A stretch of DNA of 64,000 nucleotides from NCBI GenBank assembly GCA_026989455.1, contig JALSJH010000022.1, positions 29,146 to 93,145 of the forward strand. The letters are read 5' to 3'. Made by a program: the position numbers and the translations under genes. This document shows, piece by piece, positions 19,950 through 28,470 of this stretch; within the stretch, counting starts at the first letter, position 1; every line of letters starts with the position of its first letter. Under the pieces are notes generated by a model. That model did no database searches. It saw only the letters and a program-made list of their open reading frames with translations, and had not been told where the DNA came from. Origin of the DNA: Chromatiales bacterium. GTDB lineage: Bacteria > Pseudomonadota > Gammaproteobacteria > RBG-16-57-12.

Positions 19950-20867
19950 ATGAGTGTAATGGATCAGCTTAGCCTAGATCAGCAACAGTTGATTGAACTG
20001 TTTATTGATGCTCTGTGGATGGAGCGAGGCCTGAGTGACAACACGCTTGCCGCTTATAAAGCCGATTTGGCAAGCCTATCGGCATGGCTTTATCGCCAGA
20101 GCTCGATGGGTTTGCTTGAAGCGAATAACAGAGATCTTTTAGATTATTTGGCCTACCGCGTTCAGCAAAAAACAAGCTCACGTTCAACGGCTCGTATGCT
20201 CTCTTCAATTCGTCGTTTTTACCGTTATCAATTGCGAGAAAAGTGCATTGTCGAGGATCCCACTGCGCGTATTGAGGCACCTAAAATTGGACGAAGCCTA
20301 CCTAGCGCACTATCAGAATCCGAAGTAGACGCGCTACTGGATGCGCCTGATACGCAACGGCCAAACGAACTTCGCGACCGCGCAATGCTGGAGGTGATGT
20401 ATGCTTCAGGTTTGCGGGTCACTGAGTTAATTGGCTTGCAGCAGTCGCAGATTAACCTGCGCCAGGGGGTTGCGAGGATTTTTGGCAAGGGGTCTAAGGA
20501 GCGCATTGTTCCCTTGGGAGAGGAGTCTATTGAGTGGCTTCAGCTCTATTTTTCACAGGCTCGCCCCAGTCTGGCAAAAGGGGCTGCAAGTGAGACGCTC
20601 TTTATCTCCTCTCGAGGGACACAAGTGACACGCCAAACATTTTGGTACGCCATTAAGCGTTACGCCCAGCGTGCTGGTATTAGCAAAAAACTCTCACCAC
20701 ACACCCTCCGGCACTCCTTTGCGACCCATCTTCTTAATAACGGCGCTGACTTGAGAGTTGTGCAAATGCTATTAGGACACAGTGACCTCTCCACAACCCA
20801 GATCTATACACACATCGCCAAAGCAAGGTTGCAGGCGCTGCATGCTAAACATCACCCCAGAGGTTGA
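19950..20867 (+). CDS. xerD: Site-specific tyrosine recombinase XerD
   Basis: XerD-like N-terminus (FIDALWMERGLSDNTLAAYKADL) and C-terminal catalytic RHSFATHLL...LGHSD...Y motifs. The start is probably an internal Met within ORF 19938. Confidence 0.88.
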   Translation: MSVMDQLSLDQQQLIELFIDALWMERGLSDNTLAAYKADLASLSAWLYRQSSMGLLEANNRDLLDYLAYRVQQKTSSRSTARMLSSIRRFYRYQLREKCIVEDPTARIEAPKIGRSLPSALSESEVDALLDAPDTQRPNELRDRAMLEVMYASGLRVTELIGLQQSQINLRQGVARIFGKGSKERIVPLGEESIEWLQLYFSQARPSLAKGAASETLFISSRGTQVTRQTFWYAIKRYAQRAGISKKLSPHTLRHSFATHLLNNGADLRVVQMLLGHSDLSTTQIYTHIAKARLQALHAKHHPRG

Positions 20868-20972
20868 TCTGGAGTCTCTGGGTTAGAAACTCAGGTAAAA
20901 CTATGGCATAGTTACGCGGTCATAGGTAACAGCCCGGCTGAAAAGCGATCAATAACTTAGGTAAATAATATA

Positions 20973-21707
20973 ATGAAGAGAATGCTGGTGGCCATGCTGG
21001 CCCTGTTGATAAGCGGCATCACCCTTGCGGATGACGCTGAAAATGATATTCGCCAGGCGATGAGCAAGCTTGCTCCTGACCTGAAATTGGATTCGGTGAA
21101 GGCATCACCTATTGAAGGGTTGTATGAGGTGATATTTGGCTCGGAAGTGATCTACCTCTCCAGTGATGGAAAATATCTGATCCAAGGGAGTATTATCGAG
21201 ACTGCAACCCGCAAAAACCTGACAGAGGATGCGCGCAGTGCGGGTCGTACTACGCTTCTCAATAGTCTGAAAGATGAAGATACGGTGATCTTCGCCCCCG
21301 AAGAGACCAAGCATGTCGTGACGGTCTTTACCGATATCGACTGTGGTTATTGTCGCAAGCTGCATGACGAAATGGATGCATACAATGCGCTGGGTATTGC
21401 AATCCGCTATGTCGCTTATCCGCGGGCGGGCGTGGGTTCTGCGGCGTTTAATAAGGCGGAGATTGTCTGGTGTGCAGAAGATAAGTTGAATGCTATGACC
21501 ATCGCAAAAGCGGGTAAGTCACTGGATAAGAAGATTGAATCAGGTGAGATAGTGCTTAAGAAAGATTGTGTCTCACCGGTAAGCGATCAATACATGCTGT
21601 CCCGTGCTCTTAATTTGAGCGGTACCCCCGCACTCTTTTTGGAGAGTGGTGAATTGATTCCAGGCTATGTTTCTGCGGAGCGTCTGATTGAAACGCTTGA
21701 AAAATAA
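20973..21707 (+). CDS. dsbC: Thiol:disulfide interchange protein DsbC
   Basis: Signal peptide, a dimerisation domain, and a thioredoxin domain with a CGYC active site. Follows xerD as in E. coli. Confidence 0.85.
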   Translation: MKRMLVAMLALLISGITLADDAENDIRQAMSKLAPDLKLDSVKASPIEGLYEVIFGSEVIYLSSDGKYLIQGSIIETATRKNLTEDARSAGRTTLLNSLKDEDTVIFAPEETKHVVTVFTDIDCGYCRKLHDEMDAYNALGIAIRYVAYPRAGVGSAAFNKAEIVWCAEDKLNAMTIAKAGKSLDKKIESGEIVLKKDCVSPVSDQYMLSRALNLSGTPALFLESGELIPGYVSAERLIETLEK

Positions 21708-21749
21708 CGAGTGCAACAGGGTTGAACTCGTTTTACTCAGAGACCAACT

Positions 21750-22040
21750 ATGAAGCAGCAGCTACGATTCCTGTTTTCCCCGCTCCTCAGCCGGTTTGAG
21801 TCGGGAAACGAGCCATTCGATTACAAACCGTCTAACCGGGCTATTTTGGTGATTTTGGGTAGCCTGTTTGTCGGGCTGGCGACGCTGGTAACTGCATTTT
21901 CAAGCGGGGAAGATCTTAGCTATCTCTTCCCGGTGGTCGTTTTTGGTGGTATTGGTGCATTAAGCTTGGTGATCGGTTTTCTTGGTACGGATCGTGCGGT
22001 AGCGACGATATGGGGTAGTAAAAGAAAAAAACAGGGGTAA
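21750..22040 (+). CDS. Small two-TM membrane protein of unknown function
   Basis: 96-aa ORF with two hydrophobic helices. Its stop codon lies inside the terminal repeat of MITE copy A. Confidence 0.4.
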   Translation: MKQQLRFLFSPLLSRFESGNEPFDYKPSNRAILVILGSLFVGLATLVTAFSSGEDLSYLFPVVVFGGIGALSLVIGFLGTDRAVATIWGSKRKKQG

Positions 22041-22178
22041 CCATTCAGCGCATTCGTCTTCTGCCCCAACGCTTGGTTATTTTCGTGCTCAATCGGTCAC
22101 ATATTCCCTATATGCTCTCTTTTTGCGTGCGAAAAACACCTCAACTTGAGGCAAGGTCTAACTACGCTAAATAGTTAC
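22037..22178 (+). mobile_element. MITE-like element, copy A (about 85 percent identical to copy B)
   Basis: Shares terminal inverted repeats (gtaaccattcagcg ... cgctaaatagttac) and the internal hairpins with copies at 52793-52934 and 42186-42326. Confidence 0.65.
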
Positions 22179-22227
22179 AAATAAGAAAAAATTTTGCTAA
22201 CAACTTACGCTCACACTACTGTGAATT

Positions 22228-22977
22228 ATGAAAATAGATGCTCTCAGCTATAATATTCATAAGGGGTTCAGTCCGCTTAATCGTAAGTTTACACTCCATG
22301 ATATTAAAGCATTTTTTAAAAGCACCCATGCTGATATTGTTTTTCTTCAAGAGGTTGTTGGCGAAAATCAACACCATGCAAATTCAGTGGGGCAGTGGCC
22401 CGACAACTCCCAATATGAATTTCTCGCGGATGAGCTTTGGCCGCACCACGCTTATGCTAAAAATGCAGTTTATGAAAAGCGCCATCACGGCAATGTCATT
22501 CTTAGTAAATACCCGATCATTGAAACAAACCAGATTAATATCTCTAAGAATCAGTGGGAAAAGCGCGGCATCCTTTTCGCCCGGCTTGAAATGCCGGATG
22601 GCAAACATCTCGACACCTACTGCGTTCACCTGAATCTATTAGGTAAAGATAGGGCATTGCAATACGCCGACCTCAGGCGAATTATTAAACACTACAGCAG
22701 CAACCGCCCCATAATATTGGCTGGTGACTTTAATGATTGGAATAGAAAGGCCACACCAGGGCTTGCGGCTTTGGGGATCCATGATGCCTACAAACGTGTG
22801 CATGGACACTATGCCAAGACATTTCCATCACTTTTTCCATTGGTGCCCCTTGATCGCTGCTACACCAACCTTGAGGTAGTGAATGCCAAGGTTCTCTATG
22901 AGTGGTCAAACCCCCTTCTATCGGATCATTGTCCTATTTTATTGGAGGTCAAATATGATGCGCACAAAGGTCTCTAA
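22228..22977 (+). CDS. Endonuclease/exonuclease/phosphatase (EEP) family protein
   Basis: EEP motifs are present (FLQEV near the N-terminus, ...GDFND..., SDHCPI at the C-terminus). Confidence 0.75.
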   Translation: MKIDALSYNIHKGFSPLNRKFTLHDIKAFFKSTHADIVFLQEVVGENQHHANSVGQWPDNSQYEFLADELWPHHAYAKNAVYEKRHHGNVILSKYPIIETNQINISKNQWEKRGILFARLEMPDGKHLDTYCVHLNLLGKDRALQYADLRRIIKHYSSNRPIILAGDFNDWNRKATPGLAALGIHDAYKRVHGHYAKTFPSLFPLVPLDRCYTNLEVVNAKVLYEWSNPLLSDHCPILLEVKYDAHKGL

Positions 22978-22999
22978 ATTACCCTGCGGGATAGTCACG

Positions 23000-24292
23000 A
23001 TGCAAAAAAACATACTCTCTCTCTTTATGCTGATTGCCTTGCTGCTGCCTTGGTCAGCTCAGAGTGCACCACTCACCTTAATCTACTCCGGTGACTTTAA
23101 TGGTGAGCTGGAGCCGTGCGGCTGTAGCGAAGGTGGAAACTACGGGGGTGTGTTGCGGCGTTCAACCACCCTGAAAATGCTGCGCGAAGAGCAGCCTGCT
23201 TTGGTCGCTATATCGGCAGGGCAGTTGTTGGCGAATGAGTCGAGAAGGGATCAACTGAAGAGTGAGTATATTCTGAAAGCCTTTTCAACCTTTCAATATG
23301 ATGCGGTCGCGGTACGCTGGCGAGACCTTGCTTATGGTACGGCGTTTATTGAGGGCTACCACATCCCCTGGCTGGTGGGGAACTGGCAGCATCCCGACAG
23401 CGTTGTCACCACATCACGCAAGATTGAACGTGAGGGGGTTACCTTGCGGGTCTTTAGTTGGTTGAGTCCCAAACGCTCCCCCTTTCGGCAGATGGATCAG
23501 AGCCAGTGGCTGACGACGGATGATATGAGCACGGTGCAGCAGGGGCTTAAAGAGGCCAGCGAGCGGGGCGAGCTGACGGTGTTATTAACCGCGTGGCCGC
23601 TGCGTAAGGTGGAGCGAGAGTTTGATCTTGCTGATGTGGATATTTTAGTGGTGCGTGCGGCGCATGAACTCTTTTCAGAGCCGCAGCTGACGGGGGAGAC
23701 TCTGGTGTTACAACCAGGCTCTCGCGGTATGCGTCTAGGGCGGCTGGACTTAGAGTTTAGTGATGGAAAAATCGAAGAGTATCAGCATCAAGTGATTGAG
23801 ATGCCAGAATCTGTCGCTGATGATGAGCGCTTGCGCCCATGGTACGATGAGTACAATGCTAAGGTAAAAGCGGCCTATCTGGCGGAAGTGGCGGTTAAAA
23901 AGCGGCTCGCATCAGGTGATCGTGACTATCTAGGTGCCGATGCCTGCGCAAGCTGCCATCAGGCGCAGTTTGAGGCATGGCAGGGTATGAAACATGCCGA
24001 TGCTTTCGCCACGCTGGAAAATGTCGGCAAGTCGTTTGATCCAGACTGTATTGTTTGCCACACCGTTGGCTTTGATAAGGGGGGATTTATTGACTTTACG
24101 ATCACCCCGGAGTTGATGAATGTTCAGTGTGAAAATTGTCACGGTGCCGGAAAAGCCCATGTGGAGAGCCGGGGAGAGGTGACAACCCCCAATCAGTCAA
24201 TGCCGCCGCAAGCGCGATGTCAGCAGTGTCACGTGGGCAGCCATAGTCCTGATTTTAGCTATGATCGTTATTGGCCTAAGGTTGCCCACTGA
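23000..24292 (+). CDS. Secreted protein with a C-terminal tetraheme c-type cytochrome domain
   Basis: Signal peptide, then about 330 aa of unassigned domain, then four CxxCH motifs (CASCH, CIVCH, CENCH, CQQCH). The start was chosen at the Met preceding the signal peptide. Confidence 0.7.
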   Translation: MQKNILSLFMLIALLLPWSAQSAPLTLIYSGDFNGELEPCGCSEGGNYGGVLRRSTTLKMLREEQPALVAISAGQLLANESRRDQLKSEYILKAFSTFQYDAVAVRWRDLAYGTAFIEGYHIPWLVGNWQHPDSVVTTSRKIEREGVTLRVFSWLSPKRSPFRQMDQSQWLTTDDMSTVQQGLKEASERGELTVLLTAWPLRKVEREFDLADVDILVVRAAHELFSEPQLTGETLVLQPGSRGMRLGRLDLEFSDGKIEEYQHQVIEMPESVADDERLRPWYDEYNAKVKAAYLAEVAVKKRLASGDRDYLGADACASCHQAQFEAWQGMKHADAFATLENVGKSFDPDCIVCHTVGFDKGGFIDFTITPELMNVQCENCHGAGKAHVESRGEVTTPNQSMPPQARCQQCHVGSHSPDFSYDRYWPKVAH

Positions 24293-24339
24293 GGCGCAGG
24301 CACAACCGATCGATGTTGATAACAAACAGAAGGTATTCG

Positions 24340-25329
24340 ATGAAATGGGCTAAGTTTTTTCTCTTTTTTCTCTCTCTCTTCTACGCGGTGGCTGCGATCA
24401 GCACGCCGCTACAGACGACGCCTCTGAGTGAGCTGGTGGTCTACCCGCAGAACTCCGCACCGGCGAGTGTGGTGGCGAAAAACAACAGCCAGATCTCCAC
24501 CGAAGTGAGTGGTGTGGTGCAGGCGATATGGGTCGATGTGGGTGATCAGGTTGATAAAGATCAGGCCCTGCTACAGCTTGATGTTTTCAATTATCGTCAG
24601 CAGCAGCGGCAGCTAGAGGCGACAATCGAAGGCATCGAGGCTCGTATCGCCCTGGCTGAGTTTCAGTTGCAACAGTCTCAACGCTTAGGCAAAAGCCACA
24701 ACATTTCAGAAGAGTTGTTACAGCAGCGCCAAACCAATTTGCAGGTGCTTAAAGCGGAGTTAAATGTCCAACAGGCACAATGGGATCAGCTGCAGCGATC
24801 TATCGACGATGGCACCGTAAAGGCACCCTTTTTAGGGGTTATCGTTGAGCGTCAAGTGCAATTAGGTGAGTGGGTCACCCCAGGCACCCCGCTACTACGA
24901 CTGCTGGCGACTGAGGGCCAGCAAGTGCGTGCCGATCTGCACCCACAGGATGCACAACATCTGCACCAGGGGCATGAGTTGAGATTTGAAAGCGGTGGAA
25001 AGCAGTACCCATTGCGGCTGAATACGCGCTTGCCGATGCTTCACCCCCAGCAACGCACGCAGCAGGCGCGGCTCAGTTTTACCCATGAAACAGCACTGGT
25101 AGGTGCCAGTGGTCGATTGGAGTGGCGAGACCCTCGCCCCACACTACCGGCAACCTATCTACAGCGTCGAAAGGGTGAGCTGGGTATTTTTGTCCTACGG
25201 CAGGGCGAGCTGGTTTTTTTACCACTGCCCAATGCACAAGAGGGTCGAGCAGTCAGGGTCGAACAGCTTCCCCTGACGACAGAAGTGGTGCTGGATCGCG
25301 TCTTGTTGCAGCAGAGCTTGGAGCCCTAA
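24340..25329 (+). CDS. RND efflux periplasmic adaptor (membrane fusion protein, HlyD family)
   Basis: Signal/TM segment, coiled-coil region and beta-barrel motifs. Immediately upstream of an RND permease. Start set at MKWAKFF, which has an aagg RBS. Confidence 0.85.
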   Translation: MKWAKFFLFFLSLFYAVAAISTPLQTTPLSELVVYPQNSAPASVVAKNNSQISTEVSGVVQAIWVDVGDQVDKDQALLQLDVFNYRQQQRQLEATIEGIEARIALAEFQLQQSQRLGKSHNISEELLQQRQTNLQVLKAELNVQQAQWDQLQRSIDDGTVKAPFLGVIVERQVQLGEWVTPGTPLLRLLATEGQQVRADLHPQDAQHLHQGHELRFESGGKQYPLRLNTRLPMLHPQQRTQQARLSFTHETALVGASGRLEWRDPRPTLPATYLQRRKGELGIFVLRQGELVFLPLPNAQEGRAVRVEQLPLTTEVVLDRVLLQQSLEP

Positions 25330-25335
25330 CCCATC

Positions 25336-28300
25336 ATGCTTGAACGCTTCCTGACAAACCATGTATTGGCAAACCTGACTTTTGCTATTGTTCTGGTGAT
25401 GGGGGTGGTCTCCTACTTTGCAATGCCTCGGGAGCAGGACCCTGAAGTCAACTTTAATTGGATCAGCATCAACACCGTATTACCGGGTGCATCTGCTGAA
25501 GATGTCGAAAAATTGGTCACTAATCCACTGGAGGATGCCTTAACTCAAGTGGCCGATGTACGCTTTGTACAGAGCAGTTCCCGGGAGGGATTTTCTGACA
25601 TCACCATCCGCTTCAATGACATTGATGAGCGCACCTTCGATAAGCGAATTAACGACCTGCGCCGAGAAATTCAAAATAAAGCAAATACCGAGCTGCCGGA
25701 TACCGCAGAAGACCCCTATATTTTTGAAATCACCTCAAGCAACTCGATGCCGACCGCCATGCTGGTGGTGCAGGGTCTGGAAGATGATGAGCAGTTGCGC
25801 CGCCACGCCAACGCCATAAAAGAGGATCTGGAGCGGCTTAAAGGGGTAGATGGCGTTAGCGCTGCCGGACTGCACCCGCCCGAGCTGCGGGTCGAGTTTG
25901 ATCCGATGAAATTAGCGCAATATGGCGTTGCCGCCACTGCCGTCGCTGATACGATTCAAGCTAATTTCAGAGACCTCTCTGCCGGTGTCATGCTCAACCA
26001 GGAGCGTGAGTGGTTAGTCCGCATTCTGGGAGCCAATGCTGACCCTGAATATATCGCAGGGCTACCGATAATGACCGCGCAGGGAGAGGTGCCACTGAGT
26101 GTTCTGGCAATGGTCAGTCGAGCACGGGCTGAGGCGCAGCAACGGGTGCGTTATCAGGGGCAGCCAGCGGTGTTGATGGCGATCACTAAAAAAAGCTATA
26201 CCAATACCCTAGGGTTGGTGGAGCAGCTGAAAGCCTATATTGAAACACAAAACAGAAGCCGTGCGATCGAAGGGGTTCAGGTCTACCTGCTGGATGATCA
26301 AACAGTCCCCACCCGTGAAGCCATCAATATTATGCAGACCAATGCCCTGTATGGCTTGCTGATGGTAACGCTGGTCACTTGGCTCTTTCTAGGCTCGCGT
26401 ATCGCCTTTTTTATCGGTATTGGTATCCCCTTTACACTGGCGGGAACTTTTTGGCTCTTGAATTCAACGGGTTCAACCCTGAATGTTTCGGTACTGTTGG
26501 GGTTGGTGTTGGTGCTCGGTATGCTGGTGGATGATGCCGTGGTGGTAGTGGAGGCGATCTATTACCGAATTCAGCGTGGAATGGGTGCCCTGCAAGCAGC
26601 ACAGGAGGCTTTGGTTGAGGTTTTTACTCCGGTTACGGCGGCTATTGTCACCACCATGGCCGCCTTCTTACCCTTGATGCTGTTGCCCGGCATCCTCGGC
26701 GATTTTATGTTTGTTATCCCCTTTGTCGTGACCGTCGCACTGGCGATTTCACTACTGGAAGCTTACTGGCTACTGCCGGTACACGTCTCCATGATGAAGG
26801 TCAATTTTAATAAGCCATCAAGGGTGCATCATTACCGAGTCCGTTATACCCACCTGCTTAGAGTCAAATACAGTCGACTGTTGATTAAGGTTTTACGCCG
26901 GCCTATCCGCTCTCTATTGGGTGTTGCTTTGGTGATGCTGGCGGCGGTGGGTATCTTTTTTAGCGATATGGTCAAGGTGCAGTTTTTTGCCTTTGACCCG
27001 CTGCGCCTCTACTACGTGAATGTGACGATGCCCCCTGGTTCATCGCTGGAGAAGACCCTGGAGCATGTCACCCTGTTAGAGAGCGAGGTGCGTAAACACG
27101 TTGATGAATCCGAACTGCGTGGTATCAGTGTTGCTGCGGGCCAGATGTTCACTGAAACAGAGCCTTTTTTTGGCGACCGCTATGGGCAGATTGCAGTCAG
27201 CTTGCAGCCCAGAGGGAGAGGGATGCGGGGTGTTGACGAAGTGATTGACTCGATGCGTGCCGACATCCAAAAGAGTGCAGGCAGTGCCAAGGTGGTCATT
27301 TTGCGTCTTGCGGGAGGTCCGCCTACGGAAATGCCGATCAAAGTGAAGGTGCGAGGTGAGGCGTTTGAGCAGATACGTCTGGTGACAGACCACTTGGCGA
27401 ACTACCTGGAGACGTTGCCCGCAGTCAAGGATATTAGTGACGACGATGCACCTGGAAAACAGGAGCTGCGGCTGACGCTGAATCAGGATGCCATCAGACG
27501 TGCCGGACTGATACCGTCTGATGTGATGCGAAATATTCGGCTGCTGTTTGATGGTGAGGTGGTCGCCTCAACGCAGGATGGTGGCGAAAAAGTAGAGGTG
27601 CGGGTGCGCGCCGTATCCAATGAACATCAAAGTATTGAACATCTGTTGCGTACACCGTTGGCACTGCCATCCGGTGGATACATTCCATTGGGTGAGGTGG
27701 TTGATGCCGAAAGCTCGCGGGGTAAGGCAAAAATTCGCCACTACAATTTCCGCCGTGCCATCACCTTAAGCGCCGACCTGGATAAAGGGGTGATGGATAC
27801 CCTTGAGGCAAATGATCTGCTGAAAACAGAGTGGCTAACCATCCGTGATCAATATCCCGGGGTTAATCTGGATTTTACCGGCGAGCTGGAAGATATTAAC
27901 GAAAGTATTGAAGCGCTGGCGCAGCTGATGCTGTTCGGCCTTGGCCTGATCTACCTTATCTTAGGTACCCTGTTTCGCAGTTACTTCCAGCCGTTGATGA
28001 TCTTAGCGACCGTCCCCATGGCATTTGCCGGTGTCATTTTTGGCCTGTTAGTGACCCAAAATCCACTGAGCCTCTATACGCTTTATGGTGTAGTAGCCCT
28101 AGCGGGTATCGCCGTTAATGCCGCCATTGTGATGATCGATGCTGCGAATACCCGCCTTGGATCGGGGATGAGCGTGCTGCACGCCACCGTCTATGCTGCA
28201 AGACGGCGCGTAGTGCCGGTACTGATCACCTCGCTGACCACCATCGCCGGACTCTTCTCACTGGCAACCGGCATCGGCGGAGACTCATTGATGTGGGGGC

Positions 28301-28431
28301 CTGTCGCCTCCGCCATTGTCTGGGGGCTTGGCTTCTCAACCGTGCTTACACTATTTGTTATTCCACTGCTCTACTGTATCTTTATGGGCAGAAGTAAGCC
28401 AAAACACCTCTTTGTTGGGCAAGTTGAGTGA
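25336..28431 (+). CDS. RND family efflux permease (AcrB/AcrD/AcrF-like)
   Basis: 1031 aa with a 12-TM architecture and large periplasmic loops, and RND motifs. Confidence 0.95.
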   Translation: MLERFLTNHVLANLTFAIVLVMGVVSYFAMPREQDPEVNFNWISINTVLPGASAEDVEKLVTNPLEDALTQVADVRFVQSSSREGFSDITIRFNDIDERTFDKRINDLRREIQNKANTELPDTAEDPYIFEITSSNSMPTAMLVVQGLEDDEQLRRHANAIKEDLERLKGVDGVSAAGLHPPELRVEFDPMKLAQYGVAATAVADTIQANFRDLSAGVMLNQEREWLVRILGANADPEYIAGLPIMTAQGEVPLSVLAMVSRARAEAQQRVRYQGQPAVLMAITKKSYTNTLGLVEQLKAYIETQNRSRAIEGVQVYLLDDQTVPTREAINIMQTNALYGLLMVTLVTWLFLGSRIAFFIGIGIPFTLAGTFWLLNSTGSTLNVSVLLGLVLVLGMLVDDAVVVVEAIYYRIQRGMGALQAAQEALVEVFTPVTAAIVTTMAAFLPLMLLPGILGDFMFVIPFVVTVALAISLLEAYWLLPVHVSMMKVNFNKPSRVHHYRVRYTHLLRVKYSRLLIKVLRRPIRSLLGVALVMLAAVGIFFSDMVKVQFFAFDPLRLYYVNVTMPPGSSLEKTLEHVTLLESEVRKHVDESELRGISVAAGQMFTETEPFFGDRYGQIAVSLQPRGRGMRGVDEVIDSMRADIQKSAGSAKVVILRLAGGPPTEMPIKVKVRGEAFEQIRLVTDHLANYLETLPAVKDISDDDAPGKQELRLTLNQDAIRRAGLIPSDVMRNIRLLFDGEVVASTQDGGEKVEVRVRAVSNEHQSIEHLLRTPLALPSGGYIPLGEVVDAESSRGKAKIRHYNFRRAITLSADLDKGVMDTLEANDLLKTEWLTIRDQYPGVNLDFTGELEDINESIEALAQLMLFGLGLIYLILGTLFRSYFQPLMILATVPMAFAGVIFGLLVTQNPLSLYTLYGVVALAGIAVNAAIVMIDAANTRLGSGMSVLHATVYAARRRVVPVLITSLTTIAGLFSLATGIGGDSLMWGPVASAIVWGLGFSTVLTLFVIPLLYCIFMGRSKPKHLFVGQVE

Positions 28432-28470
28432 TGTACTCGCTCCGTTTAGTCTAATCCTGTAAGCACAGGG

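Noticed and set aside
22238-22633. 131-aa alternative-frame ORF overlapping the EEP gene (and ORFs 22883-23000 and 24313-24339 extending gene starts)
   Set aside because: The frame carrying the EEP motifs, or the signal-peptide start, is clearly the real one. Upstream extensions lack an RBS and cut across neighbouring genes.
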